Numbered from the stretch's first letter, positions 1 through 9,194 are shown. The stretch: DNA of 51,853 nucleotides from Ferruginibacter sp. (GCA_037969135.1 JBBKWV010000167.1:1-51853), one strand, 5' to 3'. Numbers and translations: made by a program. Notes: generated by a model from the letters alone, not told the origin.

Positions 1-1151
1 TAATTAAAACCATCTGTTGGATTTATTTCAGCGGCAGCAGTTTGCCTGATAACAACAATTCTCGATGCACCGTTGCCGTTAGTCCAGTTGATATCCAACC
101 CATTGTTCATTACATTGGAGAGAATGATGTTGTTTGCCTGTGTTCCCGGTTCTGTATCCAGTACATTACCGGAAATATTGACTGTCGCATCCGGCGCACC
201 GCCTCCTTCACAATTAACAGTGGCACTAACGGCACCCAATGGGGCCGTTGATTTAACACGTACATAAATTGCTGTTGCATTTAAGGTTGCTGATGTGAAG
301 GAAACATCTACCGTAGAAGCATATCCGGTACCCATGGACAATGAAACTTCAATATCGGCAGAAGAAGCAGTTACTGAAATGTTATCGGGAAAGCCAGCCA
401 GGTTTGTTCCCGAAACGGTAAAACTCATTGGGGCAGATGTTACGCCAAAAACAGTATTTAAATTCGTGATATTCGGTCCTGCAGATAAAACCGGACCGGG
501 AGCGCCACAAGTAGCAATTGTGCTACCGCTGTTTCTTGGAACCGGATTTGTGATCACTTCAAAATCTGTAAGGTTATTGTCAGTATCCTGGCAGCCATTT
601 ATTTTACGCACTGCCCCGGTGCTAATAGAGAGCGCCGAAACGGCAGCACCTCCTTCGGCCAGATTTGCCGCACCCCAACCAACCAGATCGATCACATTTA
701 CAATGGGAAAAGTACATGGAGTTGCTGTTGCTCCACAACCCAATGCAGCGGCGTTATTTATCAATGCAACTTTACCGGCAGTTGCAGACAAACTCAGGTT
801 TGTTGTTACAAGATCTGCAGTTATCGGTAAATCTGCACCAGCAGTTCCTGCTGAGCCCGTCTGAATCAAAAGATAGGCCCCTGCAGGAATACTTGTGAGT
901 GCAGGAAATGCATAGATCTGGCTTGCAGTACCTCCGATTTGCCCTGCTGATGAACCATACTGCAGGGAATAACCACTGATGTCCTGAACAGCAGTACTTA
1001 TATTGTGTAATTCAACATAGTCATTTTTGTAGGTAACACCTGCTGTACTGCTCCCTCCACCAGAATATACCTGGCTGATAACAACAGTTGATGACTGACT
1101 GAATACAGAAAAACCAATGAATAAGGATAAAATAGTGTAAAGTAACTTCAT
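1..1151 (-). CDS. Partial secreted lamin-tail-domain (LTD) protein with Ig/FN3-like modules; runs off the left edge; not in ORF track
   Basis: Manual translation from ATG at 1151: MKLLYTILSLFIGFSVFSQSSTVVISQVYSGGGSS..NDYVELHNIS..DISGYSLQYGSS..IPAGAYLLIQ..DLVGWG..GCQDTDNNLTDF..PVPRNS..EPGTQA..LDINWTNGNGASRIVV. No stop before base 1. Aligns by eye with the N-terminus of 6495..8972. Confidence 0.9.
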   Translation of the reverse strand, partial: MKLLYTILSLFIGFSVFSQSSTVVISQVYSGGGSSTAGVTYKNDYVELHNISTAVQDISGYSLQYGSSAGQIGGTASQIYAFPALTSIPAGAYLLIQTGSAGTAGADLPITADLVTTNLSLSATAGKVALINNAAALGCGATATPCTFPIVNVIDLVGWGAANLAEGGAAVSALSISTGAVRKINGCQDTDNNLTDFEVITNPVPRNSGSTIATCGAPGPVLSAGPNITNLNTVFGVTSAPMSFTVSGTNLAGFPDNISVTASSADIEVSLSMGTGYASTVDVSFTSATLNATAIYVRVKSTAPLGAVSATVNCEGGGAPDATVNISGNVLDTEPGTQANNIILSNVMNNGLDINWTNGNGASRIVVIRQTAAAEINPTDGFN

Positions 1152-1239
1152 GATACAGGCTTTAGTCTATAAAAATAAATTTTTTATAGCAGAAATCCTT
1201 ATTCTGCATTTACTTACCTCAATCACATCTTAAAAGAGA

Positions 1240-2283
1240 TCAGTTTACTTTTTTTAGCAGGGTAACATATACCGGAAAGTGGTCACTATAGCCGTAGTTG
1301 TAGGTAGTGCCATCCCAGGTCCTTTTTGGATAACCTTTATATTTACCTGTTTGCTGAACAAGGAATTCGTGGTTGAAAATATTTGCTTTATAAAAATAAT
1401 ATCCCTTTTGTTCTTTATCGAGCCATGCACCAGAAATAACAACCTGGTCAAACAGACCCCATGCATCCTGGTATGCAATGGTTCCAATTCCTTTTTTATA
1501 AAAATCTACCCATGGATTGTAAATCCCGGATTCTTTTACTTCAGACAACTTTCCTTTTGTTCCCAAAGTTTTGGTCATACTCGGACTTGTGGGATCATCA
1601 TTCAAATCTCCCATGACAATTACTTTTGATTTCGGATTGATTGCCATCAAAGAATCAACAACTCTTTTATTTACTCCTGCAGCGGCAGCTCTTGCAGGGA
1701 TGGAACGTTCTTCACCACCTGATCTGGAAGGCCAATGGTTTACAAAAACATGAACTGTATCTCCGTCCATAATACCTTTTACATATAAAACATCCCGTGT
1801 AAAATAAGAGTCTTTAGATCCGCCAGGTAAAGTTACAAACAGCGCTTTACTGTATATCGGTGTAAAATATTTTGGATTATAGAGAAGTCCAACATCAATC
1901 CCTCTTTTATCGGGAGAATCGTAATGAACGAATTTTAATTTCCTGTTTTTTAAATTCGGATGACTGATCAAAGCATTGAGAACGGTATCGTTTTCAATTT
2001 CTGCCACTCCAAGTAATGAAAGTCCATCCGGATTGATATCTGTACCAATTTGGGCTATCACAGAAGATAGCTTTCCGATCTTATCCAGAAAAATGCGTGT
2101 ATTATAATGTCTTTCACTATTTGGCAAAAATTCTTCATCATCAACAATTGGATTATTGATAGTGTCATACAAATTTTCAAGGTTATAAAAACCAATCAAC
2201 GATGCATGGTAATTGCTTTTTTGTGCATAAGATCCTGATACTGATATTAATACAATAATAAGAGCGAAGAAAAATCTATTCAT
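1240..2283 (-). CDS. Secreted endonuclease/exonuclease/phosphatase (EEP) family protein
   Basis: Signal peptide; motifs YNLENLYD, AEIEN, NHWPS, MGDLND, LFDQ, YSDHFPV. Confidence 0.92.
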   Translation of the reverse strand: MNRFFFALIIVLISVSGSYAQKSNYHASLIGFYNLENLYDTINNPIVDDEEFLPNSERHYNTRIFLDKIGKLSSVIAQIGTDINPDGLSLLGVAEIENDTVLNALISHPNLKNRKLKFVHYDSPDKRGIDVGLLYNPKYFTPIYSKALFVTLPGGSKDSYFTRDVLYVKGIMDGDTVHVFVNHWPSRSGGEERSIPARAAAAGVNKRVVDSLMAINPKSKVIVMGDLNDDPTSPSMTKTLGTKGKLSEVKESGIYNPWVDFYKKGIGTIAYQDAWGLFDQVVISGAWLDKEQKGYYFYKANIFNHEFLVQQTGKYKGYPKRTWDGTTYNYGYSDHFPVYVTLLKKVN

Positions 2284-2303
2284 AAATTTTATTTAATAAG
2301 CGG

Positions 2304-2311
2304 CAAAGTTA
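2304..2311 (-). promoter_or_regulatory. Bacteroidota -7 promoter element (TAACTTTG) for the EEP/LTD arm
   Basis: Exact TAnnTTTG match 20 nt upstream of the EEP start. Confidence 0.6.
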
Positions 2312-2394
2312 TCTATATACGCGAGATTTGAATTAATTAAATATCAATAAAATGTTAATGGGCACTTTTTATGTTCAAAACCACTTTAAATTAA

Positions 2395-2402
2395 TACATT
2401 TG
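2395..2402 (+). promoter_or_regulatory. Bacteroidota -7 promoter element (TACATTTG) for the transporter arm
   Basis: Exact TAnnTTTG match 23 nt upstream of ATG 2426. Confidence 0.6.
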
Positions 2403-2425
2403 CTGTCTTTTTTAACAAAACATAT

Positions 2426-5008
2426 ATGACACCAAAACTTAAACATTGCTTGCTTATGATTGTGGTCTCGGGTTTTTTAATTCCGACAGCCTATTCACAG
2501 GTAGAGAAAGCTAAAGAAACATTACCTGTCAGGGACACTATTTATGAGGGTTCAAGAGACAATTTCCAGGACAATCTTCCGGTAATTTCATTGGATGAAA
2601 ATGATGGCGTGGATGGAAGTGCTCAAAATATTTCATCTCAGCTTGGCGCTGGCCGTGATCCATTTTTAAATGCAGCTACTTTTAAATTCAGTGCAGTAAG
2701 ATTTCGTATCAGGGGATATGATGCTGACCAGTTCAGTACTTATATCAATGGGATACCCATGGAAAACCTTGATAACGGGTTTACTCCTTACGGCCAATGG
2801 GGTGGGTTGAACGATGTGATGCGTAACCGCGAAAACTCTATGGGATTAAGACCAACCACTTTTGCCTTCGGGGAAAATGGCGGTTTAACCTCCTTTGATA
2901 CCCGTGCATCTCACCAACGTAAACAAACCAGCATTAACTATGCATTGTCTAACCGGAATTATGTACATCGCATGATGCTTACCCATTCTACCGGTTTAAA
3001 TAAAAAAGGGGTTGCATTTTCCTTTTCTGCATCACGCCGTTGGGCTGATGAAGGATTTACAGATGGAACCTACTATGATGGCTGGTCTTTTTATGCCGCT
3101 GTTGATAAACGATTTAATGACAGACATCTGTTATCCTTTGTTGCTTTTGCAACACCTACAGAAAATGGCCGTCAGGGTTCTTCTGTAACAGAAATGATTG
3201 AAATTGCCGGAAATAATTATTACAATCCTTATTGGGGATATCAAAATGGCAAAAAAAGAAATGCCAGTGTGGGCAAATCTTTTCAACCGGTGGGTATTTT
3301 AACCCACGACTGGAAAATTTCAGATAAATCCACTTTGGTTACGGCTGGTTCTTTCAGTTATGGTAAAAGAAGTACAACTGGATTGGATTGGTACAATGCT
3401 GCTGACCCAAGACCAGATTACTATCGCTACTTACCAAGTTATCAAAATGATCCTGTTTTGGCAGAAAGACTTAGGGAAGAACTTGGTTCAGATATAAACA
3501 AGCGTCAGATAAACTGGGATGGATTATACAACACCAATTACGGTGCTTATGAAGTATTTCACAATGCAAACGGTATTATAGGGAATGATTATTCCGGTAA
3601 AAGATCGCATTATATACTTGAAGAAAGAGTGATCAATACAACCAAGTATAATTTTAACTCAACATTTAATACAAATGTTTCTGAGAATATAACCTTTACT
3701 GCTGGTATGACTTACCAGTCGCAAAAGAATAATTATTACAAAAGAATCAATGATTTATTGGGTGGAGATTATTATGTTGATATTAACCAGTTTGGTGAAA
3801 GAGATTTCCCAAGCAGTCCAAGTGCAGGTCAAAATGACCTGAACAATCCCAACAGGATTTTATTAACCGGAGATAAATTCGGTTATAATTATGATATCGA
3901 TATTAAAAAAGGATCGGTTTGGTTACAGGGTGTATTTAAGTTCCGGAAGCTGGATATTTTTGTGGCCACTGAACATTCTTATACCAGTTTCTACAGAAAA
4001 GGAAATGTAAAGAGTGGTTTGTTTCCAAATAATTCCTATGGGAAATCTGATACGTATAATTTCTACAACTCAGCACTCAAAGGAGGTATAACATATAAGA
4101 TTGACGGACGCAATTATATTTTCGCCAATGGTTCTTATCAATCAAGGGCTCCTTTCTTTGAAAATGCTTTTATTGCACCAAGAACAAGGGATTTTGTGCA
4201 GGACAACCTTAAGTCGGAAGAAATCGTTTCTGTTGAAGGAGGATACGTGATGAATGCCCCGAAATTAAAATTAAGGGCAACTGGTTATTTTACCCAGTTT
4301 AAAAACCAGATAGATGTAATGACATTCTATCACGATGAATTAAGAAATTTTGTAAATTACGCTATCAGCAATATCGGAAAAGTGAATACAGGTATTGAAT
4401 TTGGTGCTGAAGCAAAAGTGTACAAAGGTTTGAGTGTTAATGCTGCAGCTGCAATAGGAAAGTATTATTACAATACCCGCCAGCTTGCAACGGTAACAGC
4501 TGATAATAGTGCAACGGTATTATCGAAAAATGAAATCGTTTATTCGAAAGATTTTTATGTACCAACACCACAACAGGCCTATACGATCGGATTGGATTAC
4601 CGTTCACCTAAATTTTGGTTTGTGAATGTAAATTTTAATTACTTTGATAAAATGTATTTGAATTTTAACCCGATTCGCAGAACTGCAGCAGCAGTTAACG
4701 GTGTGGATGAAGGTTCGGTATTATGGCATGATATTGTTGATCAGACAAAATTGAAATCACAATACTCACTGGATGCATTTGCCGGTTATTCATGGATGAT
4801 GAACAGGAAATTTAAAAGCATGAAGAAAAGAACATTTCTTGTATTCAATCTGGGTGTAAATAATATTCTGGATAACAGAGAAATCGTATCCGGAGGATTT
4901 GAACAACTCAGGTTTGATTTTGCAGAAAAGAACACAGAGAAATTTCCGGAGAAAAGGTTTTATGCATATGGCATTAATTTCTTTGCCAGCATGGGATTAA
5001 GATTCTAA
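2426..5008 (+). CDS. TonB-dependent outer-membrane transporter-like beta-barrel (non-SusC type)
   Basis: Signal peptide; plug-like FRIRGYD..YINGIPM..FGENGG; amphipathic beta strands; C-terminal ASMGLRF. Confidence 0.85.
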   Translation: MTPKLKHCLLMIVVSGFLIPTAYSQVEKAKETLPVRDTIYEGSRDNFQDNLPVISLDENDGVDGSAQNISSQLGAGRDPFLNAATFKFSAVRFRIRGYDADQFSTYINGIPMENLDNGFTPYGQWGGLNDVMRNRENSMGLRPTTFAFGENGGLTSFDTRASHQRKQTSINYALSNRNYVHRMMLTHSTGLNKKGVAFSFSASRRWADEGFTDGTYYDGWSFYAAVDKRFNDRHLLSFVAFATPTENGRQGSSVTEMIEIAGNNYYNPYWGYQNGKKRNASVGKSFQPVGILTHDWKISDKSTLVTAGSFSYGKRSTTGLDWYNAADPRPDYYRYLPSYQNDPVLAERLREELGSDINKRQINWDGLYNTNYGAYEVFHNANGIIGNDYSGKRSHYILEERVINTTKYNFNSTFNTNVSENITFTAGMTYQSQKNNYYKRINDLLGGDYYVDINQFGERDFPSSPSAGQNDLNNPNRILLTGDKFGYNYDIDIKKGSVWLQGVFKFRKLDIFVATEHSYTSFYRKGNVKSGLFPNNSYGKSDTYNFYNSALKGGITYKIDGRNYIFANGSYQSRAPFFENAFIAPRTRDFVQDNLKSEEIVSVEGGYVMNAPKLKLRATGYFTQFKNQIDVMTFYHDELRNFVNYAISNIGKVNTGIEFGAEAKVYKGLSVNAAAAIGKYYYNTRQLATVTADNSATVLSKNEIVYSKDFYVPTPQQAYTIGLDYRSPKFWFVNVNFNYFDKMYLNFNPIRRTAAAVNGVDEGSVLWHDIVDQTKLKSQYSLDAFAGYSWMMNRKFKSMKKRTFLVFNLGVNNILDNREIVSGGFEQLRFDFAEKNTEKFPEKRFYAYGINFFASMGLRF

Positions 5009-5048
5009 TGAATAAAAAAACACTTATAAAAATTTTAAAAAATAAATT

Positions 5049-6404
5049 ATGAACAAGATTTTTAAATTAATAACAGCGGTAATACTGATTGCTTCAATCG
5101 GCGTTTTCAGTGCATGTAAAAAATCATTTGATAATCCTCCGGGAGCTTCAGATCCTAATATTGTAGCCAATACAAGCATCAAAGCGTTAAAAGCTATGCA
5201 CACGACTGCAGGTGCATATGATGTTATCAGTACCGATATTATTATTTCGGGTATTGTAGTTGCCAATGATAAAAGCGGTAATCTGTATAAGCAATTATAT
5301 ATTCAGGATTCAACCGGTGGTTTGCAAATATTATTAGATGCAAACAGTTTATATGGAACTTATCCAGTTGGACGCAGGATCTATATCCGTTGTAACGGTC
5401 TTACTATAAGCGATTATAATAAAACAATGGAATTGGGTATAAAAGCTTTGGTTGCTGGTTTACCTTCTTTGGAAGCGATTCCTTCTAACCTGATCAGCAA
5501 ATATGTTGTGGGTGGTTCTTTGAACAATCCGGTTGTTCCGATCCCGGTTACATTTGCCCAATTGGGTGGTACTTCTACCGTGAATATGCAGGATAAGTAT
5601 ATCGGTACTTTGATTCAGTTGGATGGATATGCGTTCTCTGTACTTTCTGGTACTTATGCAGATACTTCAGTTTATAAAAGTACAGTGAACCGCGATATTA
5701 AGAATTGTGCCAATCAAACCCTGATCGTTCGTTCAAGTGCCTATGCAAATTTTGCTGCACGCCAGGTAGCACAGGGACGTGGAAAGTTGAATGCGATCTA
5801 TACCGTTTTCGGAAATACAAAGCAATTGATCTTGCGTGATATTGATGATGTTCAATTCAATGATCCATATGCTTGTCCTTTGCCGCCCGGAACATTGCTT
5901 TTACAGGATTTTGAATCAATTGGTGCAAATAACCTGACATTGACTTTACCAGGTTGGAAAAATATAGCAGAAGTTGGTGGAGTGCTTTATCAGAATGCTG
6001 TATTTGGTCCGGTTAAATGCGCTAAGATATCTGCTTTTGGTTCAGGTTCTTCAACTGCTACCAGTTGGTTGATTTCTCCGGCAATTAATTTAACAGGAGC
6101 AACTGCTCCGAATCTTAGCTTTACGCATGCTTCGGGATTTGCAACAGGTCCAACAACTTTAAAAGTGATGATTTCTACCAATTACGCCGGTAGCAATACA
6201 CCATCTACTTCTACATGGACGCAGGTTTGGCAAACGCTTGCCACAACACCCACAACCGGATTTTCTACTTTTGCAAGTTCTGGGGTAATTAATTTGTCAG
6301 CATATATTGGTCAGACTATTTATATCGGTTTCAAGTATGAAGGTGGTGATCCAACCAAAACAACTACCTATGAAGTTGATGACATAAAAGTATTGGCTCT
6401 TTAA
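5049..6404 (+). CDS. DUF5689-like surface lipoprotein with OB-fold-like repeats and a C-terminal beta-sandwich (choice-of-anchor J-like)
   Basis: Lipobox FSAC23-KKSFD; ISGIVVANDKSGNLYKQLYIQDSTGGL..YPVGRRIYI; RSSAYANFA; C-terminal QDFE..WLISPAINL..YIGFKY..YEVDDIKV. Confidence 0.8.
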   Translation: MNKIFKLITAVILIASIGVFSACKKSFDNPPGASDPNIVANTSIKALKAMHTTAGAYDVISTDIIISGIVVANDKSGNLYKQLYIQDSTGGLQILLDANSLYGTYPVGRRIYIRCNGLTISDYNKTMELGIKALVAGLPSLEAIPSNLISKYVVGGSLNNPVVPIPVTFAQLGGTSTVNMQDKYIGTLIQLDGYAFSVLSGTYADTSVYKSTVNRDIKNCANQTLIVRSSAYANFAARQVAQGRGKLNAIYTVFGNTKQLILRDIDDVQFNDPYACPLPPGTLLLQDFESIGANNLTLTLPGWKNIAEVGGVLYQNAVFGPVKCAKISAFGSGSSTATSWLISPAINLTGATAPNLSFTHASGFATGPTTLKVMISTNYAGSNTPSTSTWTQVWQTLATTPTTGFSTFASSGVINLSAYIGQTIYIGFKYEGGDPTKTTTYEVDDIKVLAL

Positions 6405-6426
6405 TCTATTATTAAAAACATTCAAG

Positions 6427-6469
6427 GATAAGCGCCATGCTATAATGATCATGGCGCTTATCTTTTTTT
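6427..6469 (+). terminator. Intrinsic terminator
   Basis: 13-bp perfect stem GATAAGCGCCATG/CATGGCGCTTATC followed by T7. Confidence 0.85.
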
Positions 6470-6494
6470 CGAATTTCAAAATTAAAAGCGGGTT

Positions 6495-8972
6495 ATGAAA
6501 AAAATATTTACGTTGTTTTTTATGCTTTCTGCATTCCTTTCTTACTCTCAGTCAACTACTTTGGTTATAAGCCAGTTGTACGGAGCAGGAGGAAATACAG
6601 GTGCATTGTTGGATGCTGATTACGTTGAATTACACAATGTATCCGGTTCTGCAATCAGTTTATCCGGATATTCTATTCAATATGCATCCTCAGCTGCAAC
6701 CGGTACCTGGACAGGAGTTTCTCCTCTTCCTGTTGCCAGCATTCCAGCCGGTGGGTATTATTTGATTCAAATGTCTGCATCTGGTGCAAATGGTGTTCCA
6801 TTACCTACTCCTGATTATGTGGCAAATCCTTCGATCGCAATGGCTGCAGCCAATGGAAGAGTTGCGTTGGTGAATGGTTTAGTTGCCCTTTCTGCCTGCC
6901 CGGCAACAAGTGCTTATGTTGATCTGGTTGGGTATGGCACGGCAACCTGTTTTGAAGGTACCGGACCAACAACTGCAATCAGTACGATCCTCGCTGCTTT
7001 TCGGAACAACAGTGGTTGTACGGATACAAACAACAATGCAGCAGATTTTACCATTGCTACTCCTGCTCCCAGAAACAGTGTTACTGCTATTTTTGCCTGT
7101 GGTGCAATAGCACCTTCACTAACAGTTACGGGTACAGTAACTGATTTTGGAAATATTTTTGTCGGTTCAAATTCTGTTTCTCAAACCTATAATATTTCCG
7201 GAGCAAACCTTACAGGTGCCCCCGGTGTTATTACAGTCACTTCTCCTTCAGTAGATTTTCAGGTATCAAATGATAACACAACCTGGGGAGCTACAACTAC
7301 CATTGCATATAGTTCCGCTACACTTGCAGCTACAGCTGTTTGGGTAAGATTCACTCCTCAGTCTGCAGGTCCTAAATCAGGTAATGTAAGCAATTTGGGT
7401 GGCGGCGTTTCCACGGCTGTTAATGTTGCTGTAAGTGGAAATGGCGATGTTCCCGTTACGCCGGTTTTATCTGCAACTACGCTTACTGCTTTTGGAAATA
7501 CCTGTTTGAACACAACTGCAGGACCCAATAGTTTTTCTATCAGTGGCATCAACCTGACAGCGACGAATATTACCGTTGGGCCTTTGGTTGGTTATAGTTT
7601 TTCCACAACATCAGGTGGAACGTATATGGCATCATTAGATTTAACGCAGCCTGGTGGAATTTTTGCTCAAACCGTTTTTGTCAATTTTACCCCTGTTGCC
7701 AATCAGTCATATAATGGCAATATCAGTGTAACAGGTGGCGGTGCCACAACAGTTGATGTTACTGCAGTAGGAACGGGTGCAAATAATCCTCCTGCGGTTA
7801 CAACAGGAACTGCAAGTGCTATTACAATAACAACAGCTACACTGGGTGGAAGCATAACCGATATTGGTTGTTCTGCAATTACTGCTTATGGTTTTGAATA
7901 CAGTTTAACAAGTGGATTCCCTAATGGTAGTGGAACAGCGGTTGCATCAACCAATCTGTCAACTGGTACTTTTTCGGCAAATTTAGCTGGACTTACTCCT
8001 GCTACTACTTATTACTATAAGGCATATGCAACAAATACCGGCGGTACCACATACGGTGCTCAACAGTCATTTACAACTGCAACTCCGGTATTAACTGCAA
8101 CAACATTAACCGGGTTTGGAAGTATCTGTTTGAATACCACTTCAACGGAAAACAGTTTTACTATTAACAGCACCGGATTAACGGCTGCGAATATAACAGT
8201 CGGGCCACTTACCGGTTATAGTTTTTCTGCAACGTCTACCGGAACTTATACTGCTTCTTTAAATTTAACGCAAGTTGGAGGTCCCTATACACAGGTAGTT
8301 TTTGTCAGGTTCACTCCGATTGCAATCCAATCGTATAATGGGAATATTCCAGTTGCCGGTGGCGGTGCAAATGCTATAAATGTAGCAGTTACCGGAAGTG
8401 GATATGATGCAAAACCTACAGTAGTTACAGGTTCTGCAGTTGTTAACAATCCCAATTCTGCAACAATGAATGGGATAGTGACAAGTATCGGTTGCAGTCC
8501 ACTTTCTTCATATGGTATTGAATACAGTGGTGTCAATGGATTTGCAAATGGACACGGTACAAAAGTTACCGGTTCTAATATTTCAGGTACAGATTTTTCT
8601 GTTACTTTAAATTCACTGGTACAGGCTACAAAATATTATTATAAAGCTTATGCAGTGAACAATGGGGGTATTTCTTATGGTTTACAAGATTCATTCACAA
8701 CTGATACAATCCCTTCAGGTTTGATCGTTTATTCTTCTCCTGTTGTACGTGGTGGTAGTTTGCATTATACTTTGAACAATATGAAACCTGGTCATTACCA
8801 AACCATGATATTTAACCAGGTAGGACAATTGGTTTTCCAGCGTGAAGTAATACTGCAAGTTAATTTCATTGACGACAATTTTGTTTTACCTTATCAATTG
8901 GGTACTGGTTTATATACATTACAGGTATTTAACCATGAATTCAAAATGAGTAAAGCATTTTTAATTTATTGA
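6495..8972 (+). CDS. Secreted LTD protein with Ig/FN3-like repeats and a probable T9SS type A C-terminal domain
   Basis: Signal peptide; LVISQLYGAGG..DYVELHN..LSGYSIQY..GCTDTNNNAADF..PAPRNS; two TxYYYKAYAxN modules; C-terminal IVYSSP..GQLV..GLYTLQV..KAFLIY. Confidence 0.85.
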   Translation: MKKIFTLFFMLSAFLSYSQSTTLVISQLYGAGGNTGALLDADYVELHNVSGSAISLSGYSIQYASSAATGTWTGVSPLPVASIPAGGYYLIQMSASGANGVPLPTPDYVANPSIAMAAANGRVALVNGLVALSACPATSAYVDLVGYGTATCFEGTGPTTAISTILAAFRNNSGCTDTNNNAADFTIATPAPRNSVTAIFACGAIAPSLTVTGTVTDFGNIFVGSNSVSQTYNISGANLTGAPGVITVTSPSVDFQVSNDNTTWGATTTIAYSSATLAATAVWVRFTPQSAGPKSGNVSNLGGGVSTAVNVAVSGNGDVPVTPVLSATTLTAFGNTCLNTTAGPNSFSISGINLTATNITVGPLVGYSFSTTSGGTYMASLDLTQPGGIFAQTVFVNFTPVANQSYNGNISVTGGGATTVDVTAVGTGANNPPAVTTGTASAITITTATLGGSITDIGCSAITAYGFEYSLTSGFPNGSGTAVASTNLSTGTFSANLAGLTPATTYYYKAYATNTGGTTYGAQQSFTTATPVLTATTLTGFGSICLNTTSTENSFTINSTGLTAANITVGPLTGYSFSATSTGTYTASLNLTQVGGPYTQVVFVRFTPIAIQSYNGNIPVAGGGANAINVAVTGSGYDAKPTVVTGSAVVNNPNSATMNGIVTSIGCSPLSSYGIEYSGVNGFANGHGTKVTGSNISGTDFSVTLNSLVQATKYYYKAYAVNNGGISYGLQDSFTTDTIPSGLIVYSSPVVRGGSLHYTLNNMKPGHYQTMIFNQVGQLVFQREVILQVNFIDDNFVLPYQLGTGLYTLQVFNHEFKMSKAFLIY
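7461..8702 (+). repeat. Intragenic tandem duplication, period 624 nt (208 aa)
   Basis: PVLSATTLTAFGNTCLNTT..NITVGPL..QSYNGNI..IGCS..YYYKAYA..SFTT starts at 7461 and recurs from 8085. Confidence 0.9.
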
Positions 8973-8990
8973 TACTATTTGATCTTTTTA

Positions 8991-9022
8991 AAAAAGGAGA
9001 CTCAATTTTGAGTCTCCTTTTT
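8991..9022. terminator. Intrinsic terminator (symmetric)
   Basis: AAAAAGGAGACTCAA-TT-TTGAGTCTCCTTTTT. Confidence 0.9.
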
Positions 9023-9154
9023 ATTTTTTTACAACCCATAACCGGTGTTCTTAACCCGGCAGATTGAACCGGATCCTTATCGTTAGTAAAATATGGTTGT
9101 TCCTTTTTGACAGTCCTGATCGTGATTCTTCAAGGGTAAAATTTTCAGTAAAGT

Positions 9155-9194
9155 GTCAAAATGACCAAATTTGAATTATGGTAATGTATTTGCA
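9155..9194 (+). promoter_or_regulatory. Putative htpG control region: GTCA-N3-TGAC palindrome plus sigma54-like -24/-12 element
   Basis: GTCAAAATGAC at 9155-9165; TGGTAATGTATTTGCA at 9179-9194 (GG-N10-GC). Confidence 0.5.

Noticed and set aside
42-898. Plus-strand ORFs 42..251, 73..267, 295..864, 665..898
   Set aside because: Antisense shadows of the real minus-strand LTD gene
2426-6404. Classical SusC/SusD polysaccharide utilisation locus
   Set aside because: No SusC signature recognised, the lipoprotein is not SusD-like, and there is no CAZyme or HTCS/ECF regulator
9031-9100. Possible small structured RNA (ACAACCCATA..TATGGTTGT)
   Set aside because: Only a bulged closing stem; no convincing inner structure, promoter or terminator
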